This document shows, one piece after another, positions 25,608 through 35,349 of a DNA stretch of 63,266 nt (positions are counted from its first letter, which is position 1; the number at the start of each line of letters is the position of its first letter). A model generated the notes under the pieces. That model ran no database searches, had not been told where the DNA came from, and worked only from the letters and a program-made list of their open reading frames with translations. Made by a program: the position numbers and the translations under genes. Source of the stretch: an uncultured Clostridia bacterium (GTDB lineage: Bacteria; Bacillota; Clostridia; TANB77; CAG-465); the NCBI GenBank assembly GCA_947627255.1, contig CANQVI010000003.1, positions 1 to 63,266 on the forward strand. The letters run 5' to 3'.

Positions 25608-27725
25608 TTGGAAAAGAATTATGGGAAAAGGAGAAAATCTTCTTATGTTGCACCTAGTGGAAAACATGCAGATGTTAATAACCACAGCTTTAAGCAAAAA
25701 GTTATGGACTTTACATTTACAAAAAGCTATCAGCAACAGATTAATGATAAAAGAAAGAATGATTTTAAAAGTGTAGAAAAAGATATAAGTTCGGATGAAC
25801 ATTTTAAATCTAATTTAAATGTTAAAACAGAAAATAGTAATAATTCTTACACAGCAAAATCTTCAAATGGAACAAAAAAAGTATTCAAAACATTATTAGT
25901 TATTTTTATTTTAGGGTTAATAGGAGTCACTATATTTTTTATACCTTATATTTCAATAGCCTTAAAATCCTATGAAAATGGAGTTGATACAACAAGAATA
26001 GATGTAGATACTGTTCCTCATATCTATGATAAAGACGGCAATCTTTTGTCATTAATGTATGGATACTATGATTCTGGTAAAACAGGATTTGTACCTACAT
26101 ACTCTAGTGTTTATACTGATGTATCTTCACTTCCTAAGTACATAGGAAATGCATTTACTGCTATTGAAGATGAAACTTTTTACGATAATAGTGGAATATC
26201 TGTAAATAGATTGTTATATGCCACTTTTAATTATTTAGTAAAAGGAGATTCTTCATTTGGTGGTAGCACTATAACTCAGCAATTAATAAAAGTTTCAACA
26301 GGAGATGATTCACATTCCCCATCTAGAAAAGCAAGAGAAATTGGTAATGCTTTATACTTAACAGATCATTGGTCTAAGGAAAAAATACTTGGTAGTTATA
26401 TTAACCTTGTATATTATGGCAATGGAGCTTATGGAATTTACGAAGCGGCTTATACGTATTTTGATACAGAGCCAAAAAATCTTAATATAGCTCAAGCTGC
26501 TACACTCGCTGCAATTCCAAATTCTCCAGAAAGTCTAAATCCTTATGCCGGTGAAGAAAACAAAAATAAGCTTTTAAATAGGCAAAAGTTAGTATTAAAG
26601 AAAATGCTAGAACTTTCGTTAATAACTGAAAAAGAATATAACGAAGCTGTTAATTTTAATGTTGAATTTAAAAATGGTGCTGGAAAACTTTCAAAAAATG
26701 ATCCGGCAACTAGTGCTTATTTTAAAATTGCATTTTCTGAGGCGATAGATATAGTTAAACAAAACTACTCTTGTAGTGATGAAGAAGCTATTGATATTAT
26801 CTTAAATGGTAATACTAAAATTTACCTAAATATGGATACTAACTTACAGAAAAAGGCTTATGAAATTGCAACTTCTAATTACACAGATTATCCGGAATTT
26901 GAAATTGGAGGTGTGTTAACTAGCAAATCAGGTGAAGTTCTAGCAATAGTTAGCTCAAGGACAAACTCACAAGTTGACCATGCATATACTATGACTAGAC
27001 AAACTGGTTCGGCAATAAAACCTTTAAGTGTATACTCACCTGCCTACGATTTAGGAATTTTAACACCAAATAGCTATCTAACAGATGCACCGGTATCTAT
27101 AACCTCTTCTTCTGGTACTTGGCATGTAACTAATGCAGATAATAGATTTAGAGGTACTCTAACAGTTAATAATGCTATTGCATACTCTTTAAACACAACA
27201 GCAGTAATAACTTTAGAGAAGGTATCATTAAATAAGTCACTAGAATATGTAAAAAGTTTTGGTGTAACATCTGTAGATAATCATGACTTATATTATCCTG
27301 CTTTAGGACTAGGAGGCCTTACTTATGGTATTTCTCCATATGAAATGACACAAGCATACAATGTCTTTAATAATGATGGTGTATTTCGTAGTATTTCTAC
27401 TATTAATAAAATAGAAATAAACGGAAAAGCATTTTATAAAGACAGAAATGAACATCAAGTTATTTCTAAAAGTGCCACAGATATGATGAAAACCTCGTTA
27501 AACTGTGTTGCAAGATATGGTACTGGTAGAACGGCAAATCTAAGTTTTACAACAGCATATCTAAAAACAGGTACAACTAATGAGGCTAAAGACATATGGA
27601 CTTGTGGCTTTACAGATGACGTTACTGCTTGTTTTTGGGGTGGTTATGATACTCCTAAAACTGCACCAGTTTCAAATGTCAATGCTGTATGGAAACAACT
27701 GATGGAGTCCTATTACTTACGATAA
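25608..27725 (+). CDS. Class A penicillin-binding protein (PBP1A family)
   Basis: TTG start after GGAGGG. GT51 motifs (EDETFYDNSGIS, GGSTITQQL, RKAREI) and transpeptidase motifs (SAIKP, KTGT). Confidence 0.92.
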   Translation: MEKNYGKRRKSSYVAPSGKHADVNNHSFKQKVMDFTFTKSYQQQINDKRKNDFKSVEKDISSDEHFKSNLNVKTENSNNSYTAKSSNGTKKVFKTLLVIFILGLIGVTIFFIPYISIALKSYENGVDTTRIDVDTVPHIYDKDGNLLSLMYGYYDSGKTGFVPTYSSVYTDVSSLPKYIGNAFTAIEDETFYDNSGISVNRLLYATFNYLVKGDSSFGGSTITQQLIKVSTGDDSHSPSRKAREIGNALYLTDHWSKEKILGSYINLVYYGNGAYGIYEAAYTYFDTEPKNLNIAQAATLAAIPNSPESLNPYAGEENKNKLLNRQKLVLKKMLELSLITEKEYNEAVNFNVEFKNGAGKLSKNDPATSAYFKIAFSEAIDIVKQNYSCSDEEAIDIILNGNTKIYLNMDTNLQKKAYEIATSNYTDYPEFEIGGVLTSKSGEVLAIVSSRTNSQVDHAYTMTRQTGSAIKPLSVYSPAYDLGILTPNSYLTDAPVSITSSSGTWHVTNADNRFRGTLTVNNAIAYSLNTTAVITLEKVSLNKSLEYVKSFGVTSVDNHDLYYPALGLGGLTYGISPYEMTQAYNVFNNDGVFRSISTINKIEINGKAFYKDRNEHQVISKSATDMMKTSLNCVARYGTGRTANLSFTTAYLKTGTTNEAKDIWTCGFTDDVTACFWGGYDTPKTAPVSNVNAVWKQLMESYYLR

Positions 27726-27761
27726 AAAAACACTGCAACAAATTGTTGCAGTGCTTTTTTT
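27724..27761. terminator. Bidirectional terminator
   Basis: A-run, then CACTGCAAC / loop / GTTGCAGTG, then T-run. Confidence 0.7.
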
Positions 27762-28608
27762 ACATTTTTTCAAAACTTACTATTTTATATTTTTCATCTT
27801 CATTCTTAAAAGTATATTTTACACTTTGTAGATTATTTACATCTATACTCTGTTCATCTATTTTAGATTTTAAATAATCTATTTGGTCTGTTTGTGTTTC
27901 TAGACTTCCATCATTTATAATTAATGCTAAGTTTGTTTTAGCCTTATCATAATATATTTCATCTTGACTTATAGAAACAGCTTCATTCATTTCTACTTTC
28001 TTAGTTATATATAATCTATATGCTAATAACTCTATCCTATCTTCATACTCAGTAATTTTATATGGAACTTCTACAGTATACTCTAATGTACCTCCTTCAA
28101 GTCCAATAGGTGGAATTATGAAAAATTGAGATGCTTCATCATAATTTACTACTCCATCTATACTTGTTAGTGTTAAATCAGAATCAACAAAAGTATCGTC
28201 TATAATTTTCTTTATATTCTCAGCAGCAATAGCAGTACTAGAATACGTCTCAGAATATTCAACATATTCAACAAATTCTGGTTTTCTAAACACTTTATCT
28301 AGTGCAAATAATATTTTAGCTTTATTATCTACACCATTTTGATCTAGCTCATTTATTACTGTATTAGAATATATTTCTGATAACTTAATTAACTCTTTTA
28401 ATTGTACACCTATTCTACTTGTTACAATTATATTTTGGCCTCTTTCTTCTCTTTCAATAATCTCTTGATTATCTTCTACATTTTCTTCAACTTGTTCTTC
28501 TTTTTTTTCATTTTTTCCTTTATTCATGTTAAGAAAAATATACCCAAAACAAATAATAGCTAGTAAAACTAAAATTATACATACCGCTGTAACTACTTTA
28601 TTTTTCAT
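27760..28608 (-). CDS. Membrane-anchored hypothetical protein
   Basis: N-terminal TM helix, a Glu-rich linker, and a domain of about 200 aa with no family recognised. Confidence 0.55.
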   Translation of the reverse strand: MKNKVVTAVCIILVLLAIICFGYIFLNMNKGKNEKKEEQVEENVEDNQEIIEREERGQNIIVTSRIGVQLKELIKLSEIYSNTVINELDQNGVDNKAKILFALDKVFRKPEFVEYVEYSETYSSTAIAAENIKKIIDDTFVDSDLTLTSIDGVVNYDEASQFFIIPPIGLEGGTLEYTVEVPYKITEYEDRIELLAYRLYITKKVEMNEAVSISQDEIYYDKAKTNLALIINDGSLETQTDQIDYLKSKIDEQSIDVNNLQSVKYTFKNEDEKYKIVSFEKM

Positions 28609-28619
28609 TTTTACCCCCT

Positions 28620-29342
28620 TTATAATCCACTAAGAACTGAATCAGTAAATACTTGTCCAAATAGTTCAAAATCTTTATAGCTTTTAAGCTCAAAAGAAAA
28701 TATCTTTTTAAAATCTGACCTTATAACAAATAATATTGCGTTATATGTTGCAATACTTATTTGTATTTTACTCTTTAAGTCTACGCTTGTACAACATTCT
28801 TCGCATATAAAATTGTTATTTATATAGTCGTAATATACACTTTTATTATCTGAATCTAGCAAAGACTTTGAACAATTTGCACATTTATCTTGTCTTGGTG
28901 CAAAGCCCAAGACAGTAAACAATTTAATTTTAAAAGCATTAATAATAAGTTTTGTATCTTTTTCATACTTATCTAACGCATATATAGTATTTAAAAAAAG
29001 TTTTAATATTTTATCACAATCCTGATTTTCATCAGTTACTGAATTTATTAATTTTGTCATTTCAAAAACTATTTGAAGTTTATCAAAATCTATTCTTAAA
29101 TTATAAAATGTATTTATAACTGAAGCAGAATTTAAATAATAATAACTAGTATTTTGATATAATACAAATTCACTATAAACAAGATACTGAGAACTAGCTA
29201 GAAATTGGCTATTAGTTTTCTTTGCACCTTTAGCTATAGCTGAAACTTTACCTAAAGTATCTGTAAGTATTGTTATTATTTTATCATTATCTTTATAAGC
29301 TACTTCTCGTATTACTATCCCCTTCACCTTTACTAGCTTCAT
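28620..29342 (-). CDS. recO: DNA repair protein RecO
   Basis: MKLVKVKGIVIREVAYKDNDKIITILT OB-fold N-terminus, a Cys-rich zinc motif (CANCS...CEEC), and the era-yqzL-recO gene order. Confidence 0.9.
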   Translation of the reverse strand: MKLVKVKGIVIREVAYKDNDKIITILTDTLGKVSAIAKGAKKTNSQFLASSQYLVYSEFVLYQNTSYYYLNSASVINTFYNLRIDFDKLQIVFEMTKLINSVTDENQDCDKILKLFLNTIYALDKYEKDTKLIINAFKIKLFTVLGFAPRQDKCANCSKSLLDSDNKSVYYDYINNNFICEECCTSVDLKSKIQISIATYNAILFVIRSDFKKIFSFELKSYKDFELFGQVFTDSVLSGL

Positions 29343-29478
29343 TTAAAATATCACCCTTTTTTTCATATATACTATTGCTATTATGTAATTCTAATATTTT
29401 TTTATATTCAATAAAAGTTTCAACATTTCCTGTAACTAAAAATTGTTTCCAAGCAAAATCTTCATACATTCTGCTCAC
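29293..29478 (-). CDS. YqzL family small protein
   Basis: FAWKQFLVTGNVETFIEYKKI resembles B. subtilis YqzL (FTWKVFSQTGSVDTYLLFKEL). It sits between era and recO. Its 3' end overlaps recO by 50 nt. Confidence 0.6.
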   Translation of the reverse strand: MSRMYEDFAWKQFLVTGNVETFIEYKKILELHNSNSIYEKKGDILNEASKGEGDSNTRSSL

Positions 29479-29518
29479 CTCTTAATTTTATTATATGTAA
29501 ATAATAAAATTAGATACC

Positions 29519-30433
29519 TTAAATTTTAGATTTTATATTTTTTAAATAATTTTCATTATCTTGCCAATCTTGTCTTACTTTTACCCATAATTTTAAATTA
29601 ACTTTATCTTCTAGCATATCTTCTATATCTACTCTTGCCTGTGAGCCAATTTTCTTTAGCATTGCTCCATCTTTACCAATTATTATTCCCTTGTGAGACA
29701 TTTTTTCACATATTATATTTACGTCTATATCATAAACACTTTGTTTTTGTCTATTCTTTCTTTTCTTAAATTTTTCAACTTCAACTTTTATTCCATGTGG
29801 TACTTCTTCATCTAAATTATTTAATGCCTTTTCTCTTATAATTTCTTCTATTATTTCTCTTTCTGTTATATCTGTTATTTCATCTTCTGCATATATTAAA
29901 TCACCCTCTGGTAAATATTTTTCTATGCATTCTTTTAATATATCTAGTCCGTCCTCTTTATATATAGATATTGGCACTATTTCTTTAAATTCTCCACCAA
30001 TAGATTTAATATAATCATTATATACAGTAATAATTTTTAGAATTTTTTCTTTTTCAATTTTATCTATTTTATTAATGCATAATATAATATTACTTTTACT
30101 TGAACATATATTTTGCATAATAGTTTCACTAGCTTTATCTATTGTTGGCTTACTAGCATCCACCATATAAATAATCACATCAACTGATTGAATAGCACTC
30201 TCAACATTTTTCATCATATACTCGCCCATTTTATCTTTAGGTATATGAACTCCTGGAGTATCTATTAATATCATTTGAGATTTTTCATCAGTTATTATTC
30301 CCTTTATATTAAATCTAGTTGTTTGTGGCTTAGGTGTTGTAATTGCTACTTTAAAACCTACTAATTTATTTACTAAAGTAGATTTCCCAGCATTAGGTTT
30401 TCCTACCACAGTTATATATCCCGCTTTAAACAT
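29519..30433 (-). CDS. era: GTPase Era
   Basis: GKPNAGKSTL, DTPG, NKID and a C-terminal KH domain. The ATG at 30433 (MFKAGY) has RBS GAAGGAGAG. The ORF track starts at GTG 30451. Confidence 0.95.
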   Translation of the reverse strand: MFKAGYITVVGKPNAGKSTLVNKLVGFKVAITTPKPQTTRFNIKGIITDEKSQMILIDTPGVHIPKDKMGEYMMKNVESAIQSVDVIIYMVDASKPTIDKASETIMQNICSSKSNIILCINKIDKIEKEKILKIITVYNDYIKSIGGEFKEIVPISIYKEDGLDILKECIEKYLPEGDLIYAEDEITDITEREIIEEIIREKALNNLDEEVPHGIKVEVEKFKKRKNRQKQSVYDIDVNIICEKMSHKGIIIGKDGAMLKKIGSQARVDIEDMLEDKVNLKLWVKVRQDWQDNENYLKNIKSKI

Positions 30434-30539
30434 AACTATGCTCTCCTTCACAAAGTTATTATATCAAAAAAATATAAAAAAAACAATGAAAATTTAGTGA
30501 TAATTTTGCTTATTTTTATTTAATAATGTTAACATAATA

Positions 30540-30568
30540 TTGACAATACTTGTATCGTGTGGTATAAT
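30540..30568 (+). promoter_or_regulatory. Consensus sigma-A promoter
   Basis: TTGACA (30540-30545), 17-nt spacer, TGgTATAAT (-10 at 30563-30568). Confidence 0.65.
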
Positions 30569-30664
30569 TAGATGGACAATTATATTAATAATTGTGTTGT
30601 AACTAATTATGTTACAAGATTAACTTATGTAGCTATTTATGCTACTATGATAGGGGGTAAATTT

Positions 30665-31426
30665 ATGAAAAATTTGTTAGGAGGTATTATTACCAGACCA
30701 ATACTTCTAACAAAGGACAAGGAGGTTGCTGCTACAGTATTAGGATACGATTATGTAGACAAATGCTTAGTAGCCAAAGTTAAAGATACGGGAGCAACAA
30801 TAGCTCTAGAGGATATTAGTATATATCAAAAGCTATCAATGAACAAAGATAACAACATTAACGGTGATTATTTACATAGACTATTAGGTTCGCAAATAAA
30901 ATGCGAAGTCATAGGTTACGACAAAGGATATATATTATCTAGAGCAAAACTAATGCAGAAACGTGTAGAGAAATATAATAAAGGAGATGTAGTTGAAGCA
31001 ACTGTTGTATCAGCATCAGAAAAAGCACTTTACTTAGAGTTTGATGAAGGTTTAAGTGGAATTATGTACTTAAATCAAATGACTTCTGCTAAAGTACATA
31101 GACCTTTGGATATTTATTCTATCGGTGATAAAATAAAGTGCAAAATTATAAAGAAAAAAGATGGATATTTTGAATTATCTAGACTTGAGCTTTATAAATT
31201 TGTAACTTTAGACTTGCAACGTGGCAACTTAATTAAATGTCGTATTACTAAAAAATTAGACGACAATAGCGGATTTTACGTTGAAGTAATATCTAATCCT
31301 CAATATTCTGGTATCTTTGATTTAACAACCTACAATAAGAACAACAAGTTCGAAATTGGTTCAACAATCAATTTAAGAATTGCTAAAATTAATGGTCAGC
31401 AATTAAGACTTAGAACTTGCAATTAA
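30665..31426 (+). CDS. S1 RNA-binding domain protein (multiple S1-like repeats)
   Basis: KGDVVEATVVSASEKALYLEFDEGLSGIMYLNQM and GNLIKCRITKKLDDNSGFYVEV are S1-like OB units. The ATG at 30665 follows GGGGG. The ORF track start at 30572 is only 3 nt after the -10 box. Confidence 0.55.
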   Translation: MKNLLGGIITRPILLTKDKEVAATVLGYDYVDKCLVAKVKDTGATIALEDISIYQKLSMNKDNNINGDYLHRLLGSQIKCEVIGYDKGYILSRAKLMQKRVEKYNKGDVVEATVVSASEKALYLEFDEGLSGIMYLNQMTSAKVHRPLDIYSIGDKIKCKIIKKKDGYFELSRLELYKFVTLDLQRGNLIKCRITKKLDDNSGFYVEVISNPQYSGIFDLTTYNKNNKFEIGSTINLRIAKINGQQLRLRTCN

Positions 31427-31435
31427 AAAATTAAT

Positions 31436-31469
31436 AAAGTACTGATTCGTTCAGTGCTTTATTTTTTTT
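31436..31469 (+). terminator. Intrinsic terminator
   Basis: AAAGTACTGA / TTCGT loop / TCAGTGCTTT followed by a T8 run. Confidence 0.75.
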
Positions 31470-31516
31470 CACATATAATTTTTTTCTACATATAATATAT
31501 TAATTGAGGTGAAATT

Positions 31517-31843
31517 ATGGATAATATTTGTTATGATTTAGCTATAAGGCAAAGAAAATGTCAAAATAATATATCAGTTACCTCAGATAATGTTTATACT
31601 AATATAGCCAACAACTTTCAGATTTTGCTATCTTTTGGATATGTAATAAATATAATATCTAAAAATAATACTAGTGTTACTATTGAAATAGTAAATTTTG
31701 ATTTATTAGAACCCGTTAGGTTTAATATTCCAACTGATACTTTTAGAACTTTCGATTTACCTATGTATAATGGTACATATATAGTATTAATTGGTGTTAT
31801 GCGAAATGATAATAATTGTCCGTGTCCATATTTGATAAGGTGA
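31517..31843 (+). CDS. Small hypothetical protein (108 aa), paralog A
   Basis: RBS GAGGTGA. Beta-rich, Asn/Ile-rich, with paired Cys residues at both ends. Confidence 0.5.
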   Translation: MDNICYDLAIRQRKCQNNISVTSDNVYTNIANNFQILLSFGYVINIISKNNTSVTIEIVNFDLLEPVRFNIPTDTFRTFDLPMYNGTYIVLIGVMRNDNNCPCPYLIR

Positions 31844-31848
31844 TAAAT

Positions 31849-32118
31849 ATGAATATAACTTTAAATATTAATGATACATATTGTACAAAATGTTATAAAA
31901 ACACATTAGAAAAGACAGAAACTATTACATCAACTAGTGATTCTTTACAACTTCAAAATAATTACTCACTAAATGTAATAAGTGTATCTAATACAAGATT
32001 TTCAGTAATTATCCAAAATGGAAATTGTGTCATTATTAGAAATATTTTATTAGGAGTAGCTACAAGTATTTTAATTCCCTCAAAATGTTCTCATATAATT
32101 ACAATAACTAGTGTATAA
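31849..32118 (+). CDS. Small hypothetical protein (89 aa), paralog B
   Basis: The ATG at 31849 (MNITLN) follows AAGGTGA, 5 nt after the upstream stop. It shows weak colinear similarity to the preceding protein. Confidence 0.5.
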   Translation: MNITLNINDTYCTKCYKNTLEKTETITSTSDSLQLQNNYSLNVISVSNTRFSVIIQNGNCVIIRNILLGVATSILIPSKCSHIITITSV

Positions 32119-32270
32119 CATACCTAATAATATATTACTTGTATCTACTATTATTTCTATGTGGATATATAATAATCTTCCAAGAGATTTAGTTAATTAT
32201 TTAGCTAATCTTTTTGAAATGGTTGGTCAAAATCTATCTAGTATGCTTACTTTTGGAACAAATAACAATA

Positions 32271-32297
32271 ATAGCTACACTCAATAAGTGTAGCTAT
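32271..32297 (+). terminator. Putative terminator of the small-protein operon
   Basis: ATAGCTACAC / 7-nt loop / GTGTAGCTAT followed by TAATTT, a weak T-run. Confidence 0.45.
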
Positions 32298-32367
32298 TAA
32301 TTTGGTTCTAAGAATTCTAAGGTTTCGGGTTATTTTTTACCCCAACTATTGACTTAGAACCATTAAT

Positions 32368-32829
32368 TTATGCTTTAAAAATATTAATTTGTTTTTTTGC
32401 TTCTTTTTCTTTTAAAGACTCTCTTTTATCATATAATTTTTTACCTTTACATATGCAAAGTTCTACTTTAAACCATCTTCCTTTTGAATATATTTTTGAT
32501 GGAACTAATGTATACCCACCTTGTTTAATATAATTTAACATTTTTAAAATTTCTTTTTTATGGACTAATAATCTTCTATCTCTTAATGGATTTACATTAT
32601 ATATATTCCCATGTTCATATGGACTTATATGCATATTTTTTAGTATTACTTCTTGATTTTTTATTAATGCGAAGCTATCTTTTAAGTTACACATCCCATC
32701 TCTTATAGACTTTACTTCTGTTCCTTTTAACTCTACTCCACATTCATATTTTTCTACTATTTCATATTTAAAGTTAATTTCTCTGTTTTTTATACATATA
32801 TCATTTTTATTTACATATTGTTTACTCAT
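32368..32829 (-). CDS. smpB: SsrA-binding protein SmpB
   Basis: YEIVEKYECGVELKGTEVKSIRDG, RDRRLLVHKKEI. Confidence 0.95.
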   Translation of the reverse strand: MSKQYVNKNDICIKNREINFKYEIVEKYECGVELKGTEVKSIRDGMCNLKDSFALIKNQEVILKNMHISPYEHGNIYNVNPLRDRRLLVHKKEILKMLNYIKQGGYTLVPSKIYSKGRWFKVELCICKGKKLYDKRESLKEKEAKKQINIFKA

Positions 32830-32840
32830 TTAATCTCCTA

Positions 32841-34415
32841 CTAACTATTTAATATATCGTTTATCATATTATCATACATTTTTGTTATATCTATATTTTT
32901 AGTAGATAAATTATTTAACTCATTTTTTAATGATTTGATTAAATTATTCATTTCAATAACAGAATTTAAATTGTTAGAATCAATATATTGTGTTAGATTA
33001 TTTGGCAAATCTATATAAATATATTTAGTATAATCAAATATTTTATTATCTACATTTATTCCTGAATCTATTTCTGATATTATTGAAGAAACCTTATCAT
33101 TAGTATCTTTTAATAGCATATTTATATTATCTGTATAAAATTTATATTCTCTATTTAAAAATTCTTTATATTTTGAATATATATCTTTTATTTTATTATT
33201 ATTTTCTTCAAAAATTTCTTCATCACTCTTTTGTTCTTCTTGTTCTACTACAGTATCTTGAGTTTCAGTCTCTTCTTTTTCCTCTTCTTGTTCTTGTTCT
33301 CGTTCTTCTTTTAATCTATTATCTTCCTCTTTTTTAGCATTTTGCATATATTCTACTGATAATTTCATATAATCTAATGTAGCATTAGAAGTAACACTAT
33401 AATTAATTATAGTTTCTTCTACATCTTTATTGTCTACCTTTTCTTTTTTAACAGTCTTAGAGCCTTCTATATATTTATTTACCGCATTAGTTCTTGCTTC
33501 TATATCTTTTTCTACTTTATCTAAAAATTTAGCATAATCCATTTTATTTATAGAAGTCTTATATGCTTTTTCAACATTATCTTTTAAATCTAATACCTTT
33601 GCTTCGGTATTAACAATATTTTTATTTAATTCATTTAAAGTTTCATCTAATATTAATGTATTTTTAGCCTCTTTACCAATCTGATATAATTCTTTGCTAA
33701 TTTCATTATATTTTTCTTTATACTCATTTACATCATAATCTAAAAAGCCTAATATAGTTATATTATCTGATATATCTACTAATTCTTTTTGTAAATCAGT
33801 TACTCTTGATTTTATATTATTAATATTATTTCTCTTATTTTCATCAATATAGTCTCTAAATATATTGTTTATCTGGTTATCTAAAAAATCTTCTGCACTA
33901 TTTACTTGAGACAAATATTGTATACATTTTACTAAAGCTAGTTTAGCCTCCGGAAGCTCCATTGTGCTATCTATACTAACTTCCCTTGTTGATACAATAA
34001 TTGCACCTAAATATGAATCTGGTAATTTAATTTTCTTATTTTTAATAATATCTCTTATAGAATATTTAGAAGCAACATCAGAAGTTGTTATATCTTTTTT
34101 TACTCTTAATTTATTTTCAAGAACAGTCTTCATACCTAGTATTGGACTATCTACATTTAATCTTATTGCTGGATAATATTCAAATTCTTTTTGCTTTTTT
34201 ACTTTTTCGACTTTTTGATCAATATTATTAATTTTTAATTCTATATTATTTAAACATTCATTTATTAATGTAATTATTTGCTCTTTTTCTTTATCTTCTT
34301 GTTTTGTAACTTCTGTATTTTCATTTTCTTGTGCATATATTTTGCTATTAAAATCAAATGATAAAATTACAGTTAGTATTATGAATAAAAAGCTAATTTT
34401 TTTCATAAAACGCAC
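32841..34415 (-). CDS. Secreted coiled-coil protein (hypothetical)
   Basis: Signal peptide, long heptad-like Lys/Glu/Asn-rich sequence and an internal poly-Glu tract. Confidence 0.55.
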   Translation of the reverse strand: MRFMKKISFLFIILTVILSFDFNSKIYAQENENTEVTKQEDKEKEQIITLINECLNNIELKINNIDQKVEKVKKQKEFEYYPAIRLNVDSPILGMKTVLENKLRVKKDITTSDVASKYSIRDIIKNKKIKLPDSYLGAIIVSTREVSIDSTMELPEAKLALVKCIQYLSQVNSAEDFLDNQINNIFRDYIDENKRNNINNIKSRVTDLQKELVDISDNITILGFLDYDVNEYKEKYNEISKELYQIGKEAKNTLILDETLNELNKNIVNTEAKVLDLKDNVEKAYKTSINKMDYAKFLDKVEKDIEARTNAVNKYIEGSKTVKKEKVDNKDVEETIINYSVTSNATLDYMKLSVEYMQNAKKEEDNRLKEEREQEQEEEKEETETQDTVVEQEEQKSDEEIFEENNNKIKDIYSKYKEFLNREYKFYTDNINMLLKDTNDKVSSIISEIDSGINVDNKIFDYTKYIYIDLPNNLTQYIDSNNLNSVIEMNNLIKSLKNELNNLSTKNIDITKMYDNMINDILNS

Positions 34416-34473
34416 TCCCTCTTTGCCACATAATTATATCATGTAACAATGAATATGTAAAGTTAAACACTAT

Positions 34474-35349
34474 TTAGTTATCTACATACTTTGAAAAATA
34501 AAAATCTGATATTGATATATTTTCATAAATTTCATTAACTAAGTAATCTACTTTTTCTCTTATTCTACTTCCCTTTTTTAGATAGCTCATGTTTTTATTT
34601 ATTGTCATCATTTCTGCAAATAGCTCTGACCTATCCTCTTTTGGAGAAACTTTTGAATATTTAGTTACAAAATACGAATCTTTATTTTGCTCATCTGTAA
34701 AATAATTATTATACACATATTCATCAGTAAGTCTAGAAACATTGTCAACATATTGGAATCCAATTGGATTATATTCATTCCAAGAAGAATATAAAAATTT
34801 AGTTCTATCTGACATATAATATTCTAATATGTGAAAAAATTCATGATGAAATGCTCTTTCAAAATTTTCATTATTGCTCAAATATATTCTGTATTGATTT
34901 AAAGAGTTCTTTGATGCAAGTGCTATATTATTATCGTTAAACTCTGACACTAATAATATATATAATGAATATTTTTCTTTAGTGAATATATCAAAAACAT
35001 CTTTAGGATATTTTTTTAATGCGTCATATATGCTTTTTATATTATTATTTGCAATAAACTCATCATATTGTATATTGGCATCAACAGCAGATAAGAAACC
35101 TTTTTCTGACTCACCAAATGTAACAATTATTCCATATTCATCTTTTATCTTTTTTATATAATATTTGTTTTCCTGTTCTACATTACTTTGAATATCCTTT
35201 TGGTACAAAATTTCATCAAAACCAGATGAAATATTAAGTTCTTTTACAAAAAGTATCGTTATTCCAACAACACACGAAAGAATAAAAAAATATGTAAATA
35301 CAGAAAGTTTTCTTGCATTAATATTTTCCTTTTGCATTCTTTCCTCCAT
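34474..35349 (-). CDS. Membrane-anchored putative zinc metallopeptidase (HExxH)
   Basis: N-terminal TM helix, FHHEFFHILEY (HExxH), and a downstream EDRSELFAEMM that could supply a third ligand (gluzincin-like). The family was not identified. Confidence 0.45.
   Translation of the reverse strand: MEERMQKENINARKLSVFTYFFILSCVVGITILFVKELNISSGFDEILYQKDIQSNVEQENKYYIKKIKDEYGIIVTFGESEKGFLSAVDANIQYDEFIANNNIKSIYDALKKYPKDVFDIFTKEKYSLYILLVSEFNDNNIALASKNSLNQYRIYLSNNENFERAFHHEFFHILEYYMSDRTKFLYSSWNEYNPIGFQYVDNVSRLTDEYVYNNYFTDEQNKDSYFVTKYSKVSPKEDRSELFAEMMTINKNMSYLKKGSRIREKVDYLVNEIYENISISDFYFSKYVDN

Noticed and set aside
30572-30664. Longest-ORF start of the S1-domain protein at 30572.
   Set aside because: That ATG is 3 nt after the -10 hexamer of a consensus promoter, so it would not be on the transcript with a leader. 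The ATG at 30665 has a GGGGG RBS.
32159-32287. A 42-aa ORF (MWIYNNLPRDLVNYL...) whose stop lies inside the terminator hairpin.
   Set aside because: It has no Shine-Dalgarno sequence and no recognisable features. It is more simply the 3' UTR of the small-protein operon.
32119-32367. Looked for tmRNA (ssrA) downstream of smpB, where it often lies.
   Set aside because: There is no GGGG...TTCGAC 5' end, no tRNA-like GGTTCGA...CTCCACCA 3' end and no tag reading frame on either strand. Only a terminator hairpin and a 9-bp long-range stem (32304-32312 with 32353-32361) are present.
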